Shown here: piece after piece, positions 14,001 to 29,000 of the stretch
How the letters are laid out: each line of letters opens with the position of its first letter
How positions within the stretch are numbered: position 1 is the first letter of the stretch
Source: Nemertoderma westbladi
Taxonomy: Eukaryota > Animalia > Xenacoelomorpha
Direction: 5' to 3'
NCBI GenBank assembly: GCA_032718475.1
Contig: JAUCBJ010001014.1
Location: 1 to 38,543 of the forward strand
DNA length: 38,543 nt
The notes under the pieces: model-generated
Told to the model about the DNA's origin: nothing
Seen by the model: only the letters and a program-made list of their open reading frames with translations
Databases searched by the model: none
Made by a program: the position numbers and the translations under genes

Positions 14001-17000
14001 TTGTTCGTTAACCAACACCCTTAGAGACAAGTGAGTGAGTGAGTATACGGTCAAACACATAAACAGTTGTTCGTTAACCAACACCCTTAGAGACATCGGT
14101 GAGTGAGTGAGTATACGGTCAAACACATAAACAGTTGTTCGTTAACCAACATCCTTAGAGACATCGGTGAGTGAGTGAGTATACGGTCAAACACATAAAC
14201 AGTTGTTCGTTAACCAACTTCCTTAGAGACATCGGTGAGTGAGTGAGTACGGTCAAACACATAAACAGTTGTTCGTTAACCAACACCCTTAGAGACAGGT
14301 GAGTGAGTGAGTATACGGTCAAACACATAAACAGTTGTACGTTAACCAACATCCTTATAGAGACATCGGGAGTGAGTGAGTACGGCCAAACACATAACAG
14401 TTGTTCGTTAACCAACATCCTTAGAGACATCGGTGAGTGAGTGAGTACGGTCAAACACATAAACAGTTGTTCGTTAACCAACATCCTTAGAGACATCGGT
14501 GAGTGAGTGAGTACGGCCAAACACCTAAACAGTTGTACGTTAACCAACATCCTTATAGAGACATCGGGAGTGAGTGAGTACGGTCAAACACATAAACAGT
14601 TGTTCGTTAACCAACACCCTTAGAGACAAGTGAGTGAGTGAGTATACGGTCAAACACATAAACAGTTGTTCGTTAACCAACACCCTTAGAGACAAGTGAG
14701 TGAGTGAGTGAGTACGGTCAAACACATAAACAGTTGTTCGTTAACCAACATCCTTATAGAGACATCGGGAGTGAGTGAGTACGGTCAAACACATAAACAG
14801 TTGTTCGTTAACCAACATCCTTATAGAGACATCGGGAGTGAGTGAGTACGGTCAAACACATAAACAGTTGTACGTTAACCAACATCCTTATAGAGACATC
14901 GGGAGTGAGTGAGTACGGTCAAACACATAAACAGTTGTACGTTAACCAACATCCTTATAGAGACATCGGGAGTGAGTGAGTACGGTCAAACACATAAACA
15001 GTTGTTCGTTAACCAACACCCTTAGAGACAAGTGAGTGAGTGAGTATACGGTCAAACACATAAACAGTTGTACGTTAACCAACATCCTTATAGAGACATC
15101 GGGAGTGAGTGAGTACGGTCAAACACATAAACAGTTGTACGTTAACCAACATCCTTATAGAGACATCGGGAGTGAGTGAGTACGGTCAAACACATAAACA
15201 GTTGTTCGTTAACCAACATCCTTAGAGACATCGGTGAGTGAGTGAGTACGGCCAAACACATAAACAGTTGTACGTTAACCAACATCCTTATAGAGACATC
15301 GGGAGTGAGTGAGTACGGTCAAACACATAAACAGTTGTTCGTTAACCAACACCCTTAGAGACATCGGTGAGTGAGTGAGTATACGGTCAAACACATAAAC
15401 AGTTGTTCGTTAACCAACATCCTTAGAGACATCGGTGAGTGAGTGAGTATACGGTCAAACACATAAACAGTTGTACGTTAACCAACATCCTTATAGAGAC
15501 ATCGGGAGTGAGTGAGTACGGTCAAACACATAAACAGTTGTTCGTTAACCAACACCCTTAGAGACAGGTGAGTGAGTGAGTATACGGTCAAACACATAAA
15601 CAGTTGTACGTTAACCAACATCCTTATAGAGACATCGGGAGTGAGTGAGTACGGTCAAACACATAAACAGTTGTTCGTTAACCAACATCCTTAGAGACAT
15701 CGGTGAGTGAGTGAGTACGGTCAAACACATAAACAGTTGTTCGTTAACCAACATCCTTAGAGACATCGGTGAGTGAGTGAGTATACGGTCAAACACATAA
15801 ACAGTTGTACGTTAACCAACATCCTTATAGAGACATCGGGAGTGAGTGACTACGGTCAAACACATAAACAGTTGTTCGTTAACCAACACCCTTAGAGACA
15901 GGTGAGTGAGTGAGTATACGGTCAAACACATAAACAGTTGTACGTTAACCAACATCCTTATAGAGACATCGGGAGTGAGTGAGTACGGCCAAACACATAA
16001 ACAGCTGTACGTTAACCAACATCCTTATAGAGACATCGGTGAGTGAGTGAGTACGGTCAAACACATAAACAGTTGTTCGTTAACCAACATCCTTAGAGAC
16101 ATTGGTGAGTGAGTGAGTATACGGTCAAACACATAAACAGTTGTTCGTTAACCAACATCCTTAGAGACATCGGTGAGTGAGTGAGTATACGGTCAAACAC
16201 ATAAACAGTTGTTCGTTAACCAACATCCTTAGAGACATCGGTGAGTGAGTGAGTATACGGTCAAACTCATAAACAGTTGTTCGTTAACCAACATCCTTAG
16301 ATACATCGGTGAGTGAGTGAGTATACGGTCAAACACCTAAACAGTTGTTCGGTAACCAACATCCTTAGAGACGTCGGTGAGTGAGTGAGTACGGCCAAAC
16401 ACATAACAGTTGTTCGTTAACCAACATCCTTAGAGACATCGGTGAGTGAGTGAGTATACGGTCAAACACATAAACAGTTGTTCGTTAACCAACATCCTTA
16501 GATACATCGGTGAGTGAGTGAGTATACGGTCAAACACATAAACAGTTGTTCGTTAACCAACATCCTTAGAGACATCGGTGAGTGAGTGAGTACGGTCAAA
16601 CACGTAAACAGTTGTTCGTTAACCAACACCCTTAGAGACAGGTGAGTGAGTGAGTATACGGTCAAACACATAAACAGTTGTACGTTAACCAACATCCTTA
16701 TAGAGACATCGGGAGTGAGTGAGTACGGCCAAACACATAAACAGTTGTTCGTTAACCAACAACCTTATAGAGACATCGGGAGTGAGTGAGTACGGCCAAA
16801 CACATAAACAGTTGTTCGTTAACCAACATCCTTATAGAGACATCGGGAGTGAGTGAGTACGGCCAAACACATAACAGTTGTTCGTTAACCAACATCCTTA
16901 GAGACATCGGTGAGTGAGTGAGTACGTCAAACACATAAACAGTTGTTCGTTAACCAACATCCTTAGAGACATCGGTGAGTGAGTGAGTACGGCCAAACAC

Positions 17001-20000
17001 ATAAACAGTTGTACGTTAACCAACATCCTTATAGAGACATCGGGAGTGAGTGAGTACGGTCAAACACATAAACAGTTGTTCGTTAACCAACATCCTTATA
17101 GAGACATCGGGAGTGAGTGAGTACGGTCAAACACATAAACAGTTGTACGTTAACCAACATCCTTATATAGAGACATCGGTGAGTGAGTGAGTACGGTCAA
17201 ACACATAAACAGTTGTTCGTTAACCAACATCCTTATAGAGACATCGGTGAGTGAGTGAGTATACGGTCAAACACATAAACAGTTGTTCGTTAACCAACAT
17301 CCTTAGAGACATCGGTGAGTGAGTGAGTACGGTCAAACACATAAACAGTTGTTCGTTAACCAACATCCTTAGAGACATCGGTGAGTGAGTGAGTACGGTC
17401 AAACACATAAACAGTTGTTCGTTAACCAACACCCTTAGAGACAGGTGAGTGAGTGAGTACGGTCAAACACATAAACAGTTGTTCGTTAACCAACACCCTT
17501 AGAGACATCGGGAGTGAGTGAGTACGGTCAAACACATAAACAGTTGTTCGTTAACCAACATCCTTAGAGACATCGGTGAGTGAGTGAGTACGGTCAAACA
17601 CATAAACAGTTGTTCGTTAACCAACATCCTTAGAGACATTGGTGAGTGAGTGAGTATACGGTCAAACACATAAACAGTTGTTCGTTAACCAACATCCTTA
17701 GAGACATCGGTGAGTGAGTGAGTATACGGTCAAACACATAAACAGTTGTTCGTTAGCCAACATCCTTAGAGACATCGGTGAGTGAGTGAGTACGGTCAAA
17801 CACACAAACAGTTGTTCGTTAACCAACATCCTTAGAGACATCGGTGAGTGAGTGAGTACGGTCAAACTCATAAACAGTTGTTCGTTAACCAACATCCTTA
17901 GAGACATTGGTGAGTGAGTGAGTATACGGTCAAACACATAAACAGTTGTTCGTTAACCAACATCCTTAGTGACATTGGTGAGTGAGTGAGTATACGGTCA
18001 AACACCTAAACAGTTGTTCGTTAACCAACATCCTTAGAGACATCGGTGAGTGAGTGAGTACGGTCAAACTCATAAACAGTTGTTCGTTAACCAACATCCT
18101 TAGAGACATCGGTGAGTGAGTGAGTACGGTCAAACACATAAACAGTTGTTCGTTAACCAACATCCTTAGAGACATCGGTGAGTGAGTGAGTATACGGTCA
18201 AACACATAAACAGTTGTTCGTTAACCAACATCCTTAGAGACATCGGTGAGTGAGTGAGTATACGGTCAAACACATAAACAGTTGTTCGTTAACCAACATC
18301 CTTATAGAGACATCGGGAGTGAGTGAGTACGGTCAAACACATAAACAGTTGTTCGTTAACCAACATCCTTATAGAGACATCGGGAGTGAGTGAGTACGGT
18401 CAAAAACATAAACAGGTGTTCGTTAACCAACACCCTTAGAGACAGGTGAGTGAGTGACTATACGGTCAAACACATAAACAGTTGTACGTTAACCAACATC
18501 CTTATAGAGACATCGGGAGTGAGTGAGTACGGCCAAACACATAAACAGTTGTTCGTTAACCAACACCCTTAGAGACAGGTGAGTGAGTGAGTATACGGTC
18601 AAACACATAAACAGTTGTTCGTTAACCAACATCCTTATAGAGACATCGGTGAGTGAGTGAGTACGGTCAAACACATAAACAGTTGTTCGTTAACCAACAT
18701 CCTTAGAGACATCGGTGAGTGAGTGAGTATACGGTCAAACACATAAACAGTTGTTCGTTAACCAACATCCTTAGAGACATCGGTGAGTGAGTGAGTATAC
18801 GGTCAAACACATAAACAGTTGTACGTTAACCAACATCCTTATAGAGACATCGGGAGTGAGTGAGTACGGTCAAACACATAAACAGTTGTTCGTTAACCAA
18901 CATCCTTATAGAGACATCGGTGAGTGAGTGAGTACGGTCAAACACATAAACAGTTGTACGTTAACCAACATCCTTATAGAGACATCGGGAGTGAGTGAGT
19001 ACGGTCAAACACATAAACAGTTGTTCGTTAACCAACATCCTTAGAGACAGGTGAGTGAGTGAGTATACGGTCAAACACATAAACAGTTGTACGTTAACCA
19101 ACATCCTTATAGAGACATCGGTGAGTGAGTGAGTATACGGTCAAACACATAAACAGTTGTACGTTAACCAACATCCTTAGAGATAGGTGAGTGAGAGAGT
19201 ACGGTCAAACACATAAACAGTTGTACGTTAACCAACATCCTTATAGAGACATCGGGAGTGAGTGAGTACGGTCAAACACATAAACAGTTGTTCGTTAACC
19301 AACATCCTTAGAGACATCGGTGAGTGAGTGAGTATACGGTCAAACACATAACAGTTGTTCGTTAACCAACATCCTTAGAGACATCGGTGAGTGAGTGAGT
19401 ATACGGTCAAACACATAAACAGTTGTTCGTTAACCAACATCCTTATAGAGACATCGGGAGTGAGTGAGTACGGTCAAACACATAAACAGTTGTTCGTTAA
19501 CCAACATCCTTATAGAGACATCGGGAGTGAGTGAGTACGGTCAAAAACATAAACAGGTGTTCGTTAACCAACACCCTTAGAGACAGGTGAGTGAGTGACT
19601 ATACGGTCAAACACATAAACAGTTGTACGTTAACCAACATCCTTATAGAGACATCGGGAGTGAGTGAGTACGGCCAAACACATAAACAGTTGTTCGTTAA
19701 CCAACACCCTTAGAGACAGGTGAGTGAGTGAGTATACGGTCAAACACATAAACAGTTGTTCGTTAACCAACATCCTTATAGAGACATCGGTGAGTGAGTG
19801 AGTACGGTCAAACACATAAACAGTTGTTCGTTAACCAACATCCTTAGAGACATCGGTGAGTGAGTGAGTATACGGTCAAACACATAAACAGTTGTTCGTT
19901 AACCAACATCCTTAGAGACATCGGTGAGTGAGTGAGTATACGGTCAAACACATAAACAGTTGTACGTTAACCAACATCCTTATAGAGACATCGGGAGTGA

Positions 20001-23000
20001 GTGAGTACGGTCAAACACATAAACAGTTGTTCGTTAACCAACATCCTTATAGAGACATCGGTGAGTGAGTGAGTACGGTCAAACACATAAACAGTTGTAC
20101 GTTAACCAACATCCTTATAGAGACATCGGGAGTGAGTGAGTACGGTCAAACACATAAACAGTTGTTCGTTAACCAACATCCTTAGAGACAGGTGAGTGAG
20201 TGAGTATACGGTCAAACACATAAACAGTTGTACGTTAACCAACATCCTTATAGAGACATCGGTGAGTGAGTGAGTATACGGTCAAACACATAAACAGTTG
20301 TACGTTAACCAACATCCTTAGAGATAGGTGAGTGAGAGAGTACGGTCAAACACATAAACAGTTGTACGTTAACCAACATCCTTATAGAGACATCGGGAGT
20401 GAGTGAGTACGGTCAAACACATAAACAGTTGTTCGTTAACCAACATCCTTAGAGACATCGGTGAGTGAGTGAGTATACGGTCAAACACATAACAGTTGTT
20501 CGTTAACCAACATCCTTATAGAGACATCGGTGAGTGAGTGAGTACGGTCAAACACATAAACAGTTGTACGTTAACCAACATCCTTATAGAGACATCGGGA
20601 GTGAGTGAGTACGGTCAAACACATAAACAGTTGTACGTTAACCAACATCCTTATAGAGACATCGGGAGTGAGTGAGTACGGTCAAACACATAAACAGTTG
20701 TTCGTTAACCAACATCCTTAGAGACAGGTGAGTGAGTGAGTACGGTCAAACACATAAACAGTTGTTCGTTAACCAACATCTTTAGAGACATCGGTGAGTG
20801 AGTGAGTACGGTCAAACACATAAACAGTTGTTCGTTAACCAACATCCTTAGATACATCGGTGAGTGAGTGAGTACGGTCAAACACATAACAGTTGTTCGT
20901 TAACCAACATCCTTATAGAGACATCGGTGAGTGAGTGAGTACGGTCAAACACATAAACAGTTGTACGTTAACCAACATCCTTATAGAGACATCGGGAGTG
21001 AGTGAGTACGGTCAAACACATAAACAGTTGTTCGTTAACCAACATCCTTAGAGACAGGTGAGTGAGTGAGTATACGGTCAAACACATAAACAGTTGTTCG
21101 TTAACCAACATCCTTAGAGACATCGGTGAGTGAGTGAGTACGGTCAAACACATAAACAGTTGTTCGTTAACCAACATCCTAAGAGACATCGGTGACTGAG
21201 TGAGTATACGGTCAAACACATAAACAGTTGTACGTTAACCAACATCTTTATAGAGACATCGGTGAGTGAGTGAGTATACGGTCAAACACATAAACAGTTG
21301 TTCGTTAACCAACATCCTTAGAGACAGGTGAGTGAGTGAGTACGGTCAAACTCATAAACAGTTGTTCGTTAACCAACATCCTTAGATACATCGGTGAGTG
21401 AGTGAGTACGGTCAAACACATAAACAGTTGTTTGTTAACCAACATCCTTAGAGACAGGTGAGTGAGTGAGTACGGTCAAACTCATAAACAGTTGTTCGTT
21501 AACCAACATCCTTAGAGACATCGGTGAGTGAGTGAGTATACGGTCAAACACATAAACAGTTGTTCGTTAACCAACATCCTTAGAGACATCGGTGAGTGAG
21601 TGAGTACGGTCAAACACATAAACAGTTGTTCGTTAACCAACATCCTTAGAGACATCGGTGAGTGAGTGAGTATACGGTCAAACACATAAACAGTTGTTCG
21701 TTAACCAACATCTTTAGAGACATCGGTGAGTGAGTGAGTACGGTCAAACACATAAACAGTTGTTCGTTAACCAACATCCTTAGATACATCGGTGAGTGAG
21801 TGAGTACGGTCAAACACATAACAGTTGTTCGTTAACCAACATCCTTATAGAGACATCGGTGAGTGAGTGAGTACGGTCACACACATAAACAGTTGTTCGT
21901 TAACCAACATCCTTAGAGACAGGTGAGTGAGTGAGTATACGGTCAAACACATAAGCAGTTGTTCGTTAACCAACATCCTTATAGAGACATCGGTGAGTGA
22001 GTGAGTACGGTCAAACACATAAACAGTTGTACGTTAACCAACATCCTTATAGAGACATCGGGAGTGAGTGAGTACGGTCAAACACATAAACAGTTGTTCG
22101 TTAACCAACATCCTTAGAGACAGGTGAGTGAGTGAGTATACGGTCAAACACATAAACAGTTGTTCGTTAACCAACATCCTTAGAGACATCGGTGAGTGAG
22201 TGAGTACGGTCAAACACATAAACAGTTGTACGTTAACCAACATCTTTATAGAGACATCGGTGAGTGAGTGAGTATACGGTCAAACACATAAACAGTTGTT
22301 CGTTAACCAACATCTTTAGAGACATCGGTGAGTGAGTGAGTACGGTCAAACACATAAACAGTTGTTCGTTAACCAACATCCTTAGATACATCGGTGAGTG
22401 AGTGAGTACGGTCAAACACATAACAGTTGTTCGTTAACCAACATCCTTATAGAGACATCGGTGAGTGAGTGAGTACGGTCAAACACATAAACAGTTGTTC
22501 GTTAACCAACATCCTTTAGACAGGTGAGTGAGTGAGTATACGGTCAAACACATAAGCAGTTGTTCGTTAACCAACATCCTTAGAGACATCGGTGAGTGAG
22601 TGAGTATACGGTCAAACACATAAACAGTTGTTCGTTAACCAACATCCTTAGAGACATCGGTGAGTGAGTGAGTACGGTCAAACACATAAACAATTGTTCG
22701 TTAACCAACATCCCAAGAGACAGGTGAGTGAGTGAGTACGGTCAAACACATAAACAGTTGTTCGTTAACCAACATCCTTAGAGACATCGGTGAGTGAGTG
22801 AGTACGGTCAAACACATAAACAGTTGTTCGTTAACCAACATCCTTAGAGACATCGGTGAGTGAGTGAGTACGGTCAAACACATAAACAGTTGTTCGTTAA
22901 CCAACATCCTTAGAGACATCGGTGAGTGAGTGAGTACGGTCAAACACATAAACAGTTGTTCGTTAACCAACACCCTTAGAGACAGGTGAGTGAGTGAGTA

Positions 23001-26000
23001 TACGGTCAAACACATAAACAGTTGTACGTTAACCAACATCCTTATAGAGACATCGGGAGTGAGTGAGTACGGCCAAACACATAAACAGTTGTTCGTTAAC
23101 CAACACCCTTAGAGACAGGTGAGTGAGTGAGTATACGGTCAAACACATAAACAGTTGTACGTTAACCAACATCCTTATAGAGACATCGGGAGTGAGTGAG
23201 TACGGCCAAACACATAACAGTTGTTCGTTAACCAACATCCTTATAGAGACATCGGTGAGTGAGTGAGTACGGTCAAACACATAAACAGTTGTTCGTTAAC
23301 CAACATCCTTAGAGACATCGTTGAGTGAGTGAGTATACGGTCAAACACATAAACAGTTGTTCGTTAACCAACACCCTTAGAGACAGGTGAGTGAGTGAGT
23401 ACGGTCAAACACATAAACAGTTGTTCGTTAACCAACATCCTTAGAGACATCGGTGAGTGAGTGAGTACGGTCAAACACATAAACAGTTGTTCGTTAACCA
23501 ACATCCTTAGAGACATCGGTGAGTGAGTGAGTACGGTCAAACACATAAACAGTTGTTCGTTAACCAACATCCTTAGAGACATCGGTGAGTGAGTGAGTAT
23601 ACGGTCAAACACATAAACAGTTGTACGTTAACCAACATCCTTAGAGACAGGTGAGTGAGTGAGTACGGTCAAACACATAAACAGTTGTTCGTTAACCAAC
23701 ATCCTTAGAGACATCGGTGAGTGAGTGAGTACATTCAAACTCATAAACAGTTGTTTGTTAACCAACATCCTGAGAGACAGGTGAGTGAGTGAGTATACGG
23801 TCAAACACATAAACAGTTGTTCGTTAACCAACATCCTTAGAGACATCGGTGAGTGAGTGAGTACGGTCAAACACATAAACAGTTGTTCGTTAACCAACAT
23901 CCTTAGAGACATCGGTGAGTGAGTGAGTATACGGTCAAACACATAAACAGTTGTTCGTTAACCAACATCCTTAGAGACATCGGTGAGTGAGTGAGTACGG
24001 TCAAACACATAAACAGTTGTACGTTAACCAACATCCTTATAGAGACATCGGGAGTGAGTGAGTACGGTCAAACACATAAACAGTTGTTCGTTAACCAACA
24101 TCCTTAGAGACATCGGTGAGTGAGTGAGTACATTCAAACTCATAAACAGTTGTTTGTTAACCAACATCCTGAGAGACAGGTGAGTGAGTGAGTATACGGT
24201 CAAACACATAAACAGTTGTTCGTTATTCAACATCCTGAGAGACAGGTGAGTGAGTGAGTATACGGTCAAACACATAAACAGTTGTTCGTTAACCAACATC
24301 CTTAGAGACATCGGTGAGTGAGTGAGTATACGGTCAAACACATAAACAGTTGTTCGTTAACCAACATCCTTAGAGACATCGGTGAGTGAGTGAGTACGGT
24401 CAAACACATAAACAGTTGTACGTTAACCAACATCCTTATAGAGACATCGGGAGTGAGTGAGTACGGCCAAACACATAACAGTTGTTCGTTAACCAACATC
24501 CTTATAGAGACATCGGTGAGTGAGTGAGTACGGTCAAACACATAAACAGTTGTTCGTTAACCAACATCCTTAGAGACATCGGTGAGTGAGTGAGTATACG
24601 GTCAAACACATAAACAGTTGTTCGTTAACCAACACCCTTAGAGACATCGGTGAGTGAGTGAGTACATTCAAACTCATAAACAGTTGTTTGTTAACCAACA
24701 TCCTGAGAGACAGGTGAGTGAGTGAGTATACGGTCAAACACATAAACAGTTGTTCGTTAACCAACATCCTTAGAGACATCGGTGAGTGAGTGAGTACGGC
24801 CAAACACATAAACAGTTGTTCGTTAACCAACATCCTTATAGAGACATCGGTGAGTGAGTGAGTACGGCCAAACACATAAACAGTTGTTCGTTAACCAACA
24901 GCCTTAGAGACATCGGTGAGTGAGTGAGTATACGGTCAAACACATAAACAGTTGTTCGTTAACCAACATCCTTAGAGACATCGGTGAGTGAGTGAGTATA
25001 CGGTCAAACACATTTATGTGTTTGACCGTATACTCACTCACAACTGTTTATAAACAGTTGTTCGTTAACCAACATCCTTATAGAGACATCGGTGAGTGAG
25101 TGAGTACGGTCAAACACTTAAACAGTTGTACGTTAACCAACATCCTTAGAGACATCGGTGAGTGAGTGAGTATACGGTCAAACACATAAACAGTTGTTCG
25201 TTAACCAACATCCTTAGAGACATCGGTGAGTGAGTGAGTACGGTCAAACACATAAACAGTTGTACGTTAACCAATATCCTTAGAGACATCGGTGAGTGAG
25301 TGAGTATACGGTCAAACACATAAACAGTTGTACGTTAACCAACATCCTTAGAGACATCGGTGAGTGAGTGAGTACGGTCAAACACATAAACAGTTGTACG
25401 TTAACCAACATCCTTAGAGACAGGTGAGTGAGTGAGTACGGTCAAACACATAAACAGTTGTTCGTTAACCAACATCCTGAGAGACAGGTGAGTGAGTGAG
25501 TATACGGTCAAACACATAAACAGTTGTTCGTTAACCAACATCCTTAGAGACATCGGTGAGTGAGTGAGTACGGTCAAACTCATAAACAGTTGTTCGTTAA
25601 CCAACATCCTGAGAGACAGGTGAGTGAGTGAGTATACGGTCAAACACATAAACAGTTGTTCGTTAACCAACATCCTTAGAGACATCGGTGAGTGAGTGAG
25701 TACGGTCAAACTCATAAACAGTTGTTCGTTAACCAACATCCTTAGAGACATCGGTGAGTGAGTGAGTATACGGTCAAACACATAAACAGTTGTTCGTTAA
25801 CCAACATCCTTAGAGACATCGGTGAGTGAGTGAGTACGGTCAAACTCATAAACAGTTGTTCGTTAACCAACATCCTTATATAGAGACATCGGTGAGTGAG
25901 TGAGTATACGGTCAAACACATAAACAGTTGTTCGTTAACCAACATCCTTAGAGACATCGGTGAGTGAGTGAGTACGGTCAAACTCATAAACAGTTGTTCG

Positions 26001-29000
26001 TTAACCAACATCCTGAGAGACAGGTGAGTGAGTGAGTATACGGTCAAACACATAAACAGTTGTTCGTTAACCAACATCCTTAGAGACATCGGTGAGTGAG
26101 TGAGTACGGTCAAACTCATAAACAGTTGTTCGTTAACCAACATCCTTAGAGACATCGGTGACTGAGTGAGTATACGGTCAAACACATAAACAGTTGTTCG
26201 TTAACCAACATCCTTAGAGACATCGGTGAGTGAGTGAGTACGGTCAAACTCATAAACAGTTGTTCGTTAACCAACATCCTTATATAGAGACATCGGTGAG
26301 TGAGTGAGTATACGGTCAAACACATAAACAGTTGTTCGTTAACCAACATCCTTATAGAGACATCGGTGAGTGAGTGAGTACGGTCAAACACATAAACAGT
26401 TGTACGTTAACCAACATCCTTAGAGACATCGGTGAGTGAGTGAGTACGGTCAAACTCATAAACAGTTGTTCGTTAACCAACATCCTGAGAGACAGGTGAG
26501 TGAGTGAGTATACGGTCAAACACATAAACAGTTGTTCGTTAACCAACATCCTTAGAGACATCGGTGAGTGAGTGAGTACGGTCAAACACATAAACAGTTG
26601 TTCGTTAACCAACATCCTTAGAGACATCGGTGAGTGAGTGAGTATACGGTCAAACACATAAACAGTTGTTCGTTAACCAACATCCTTTATAGAGACATCG
26701 GTGAGTGAGAGAGTACGTTCAAACACATAAACAGTTGTTCGTTAACCAACATCCTTAGATACATCGGTGAGTGAGTGAGTACGGTCATACACATAAACAG
26801 TTGTTCGTTAACCAACATCCTTAGAGACATCGGTGAGTGAGTGAGTACGGTCAAACACATAAACAGTTGTTCGTTAACCAACATCCTTATAGAGACATCG
26901 GTGAGTGAGTGAGTACGGTCAAACACATAAACAGTTGTTCGTTAACCAACATCCTTAGAGACATCGGTGAGTGAGTGAGTACATTCAAACTCATAAACAG
27001 TTGTTTGTTAACCAACATCCTGAGAGACAGGTGAGTGAGTGAGTATACGGTCAAACACATAAACAGTTGTTCGTTAACCAACATCCTGAGAGACAGGTGA
27101 GTGAGTGAGTATACGGTCAAACACATAAACAGTTGTTCGTTAACCAACATCCTTAGAGACATCGGTGAGTGAGTGAGTATACGGTCAAACACATAAACAG
27201 TTGTTCGTTAACCAACATCCTTAGAGACATCGGTGAGTGAGTGAGTACGGTCAAACACATAAACAGTTGTACGTTAACCAACATCCTTATAGAGACATCG
27301 GGAGTGAGTGAGTACGGCCAAACACATAACAGTTGTTCGTTAACCAACATCCTTATAGAGACATCGGTGAGTGAGTGAGTACGGTCAAACACATAAACAG
27401 TTGTTCGTTAACCAACATCCTTAGAGACATCGGTGAGTGAGTGAGTATACGGTCAAACACATAAACAGTTGTTCGTTAACCAACACCCTTAGAGACAGGT
27501 GAGTGAGTGAGTACGGTCAAACACATAAACAGTTGTTCGTTAACCAACATCCTTAGAGACATCGGTGAGTGAGTGAGTACATTCAAACTCATAAACAGTT
27601 GTTTGTTAACCAACATCCTGAGAGACAGGTGAGTGAGTGAGTATACGGTCAAACACATAAACAGTTGTTCGTTAACCAACATCCTTAGAGACATCGGTGA
27701 GTGAGTGAGTACGGCCAAACACATAAACAGTTGTTCGTTAACCAACATCCTTATAGAGACATCGGTGAGTGAGTGAGTACGGCCAAACACATAAACAGTT
27801 GTTCGTTAACCAACAGCCTTAGAGACATCGGTGAGTGAGTGAGTATACGGTCAAACACATAAACAGTTGTTCGTTAACCAACATCCTTAGAGACATCGGT
27901 GAGTGAGTGAGTATACGGTCAAACACATTTATGTGTTTGACCGTATACTCACTCACAACTGTTTATAAACAGTTGTTCGTTAACCAACATCCTTATAGAG
28001 ACATCGGTGAGTGAGTGAGTACGGTCAAACACATAAACAGTTGTACGTTAACCAACATCCTTAGAGACATCGGTGAGTGAGTGAGTATACGGTCAAACAC
28101 ATAAACAGTTGTACGTTAACCAACATCCTTAGAGACATCGGTGAGTGAGTGAGTACGGTCAAACACATAAACAGTTGTACGTTAACCAACATCCTTAGAG
28201 ACATCGGTGAGTGAGTGAGTATACGGTCAAACACATAAACAGTTGTACGTTAACCAACATCCTTAGAGACAGGTGAGTGAGTGAGTACGGTCAAACACAT
28301 AAACAGTTGTTCGTTAACCAACATCCTGAGAGACAGGTGAGTGAGTGAGTATACGGTCAAACACATAAACAGTTGTTCGTTAACCAACATCCTTAGAGAC
28401 ATCGGTGAGTGAGTGAGTACGGTCAAACTCATAAACAGTTGTTCGTTAACCAACATCCTGAGAGACAGGTGAGTGAGTGAGTATACGGTCAAACACATAA
28501 ACAGTTGTTCGTTAACCAACATCCTTAGAGACATCGGTGAGTGAGTGAGTACGGTCAAACTCATAAACAGTTGTTCGTTAACCAACATCCTTAGAGACAT
28601 CGGTGAGTGAGTGAGTATACGGTCAAACACATAAACAGTTGTTCGTTAACCAACATCCTTAGAGACATCGGTGAGTGAGTGAGTACGGTCAAACTCATAA
28701 ACAGTTGTTCGTTAACCAACATCCTTATATAGAGACATCGGTGAGTGAGTGAGTATACGGTCAAACACATAAACAGTTGTTCGTTAACCAACATCCTTAG
28801 AGACATCGGTGAGTGAGTGAGTACGGTCAAACTCATAAACAGTTGTTCGTTAACCAACATCCTGAGAGACAGGTGAGTGAGTGAGTATACGGTCAAACAC
28901 ATAAACAGTTGTTCGTTAACCAACATCCTTAGAGACATCGGTGAGTGAGTGAGTACGGTCAAACTCATAAACAGTTGTTCGTTAACCAACATCCTTAGAG

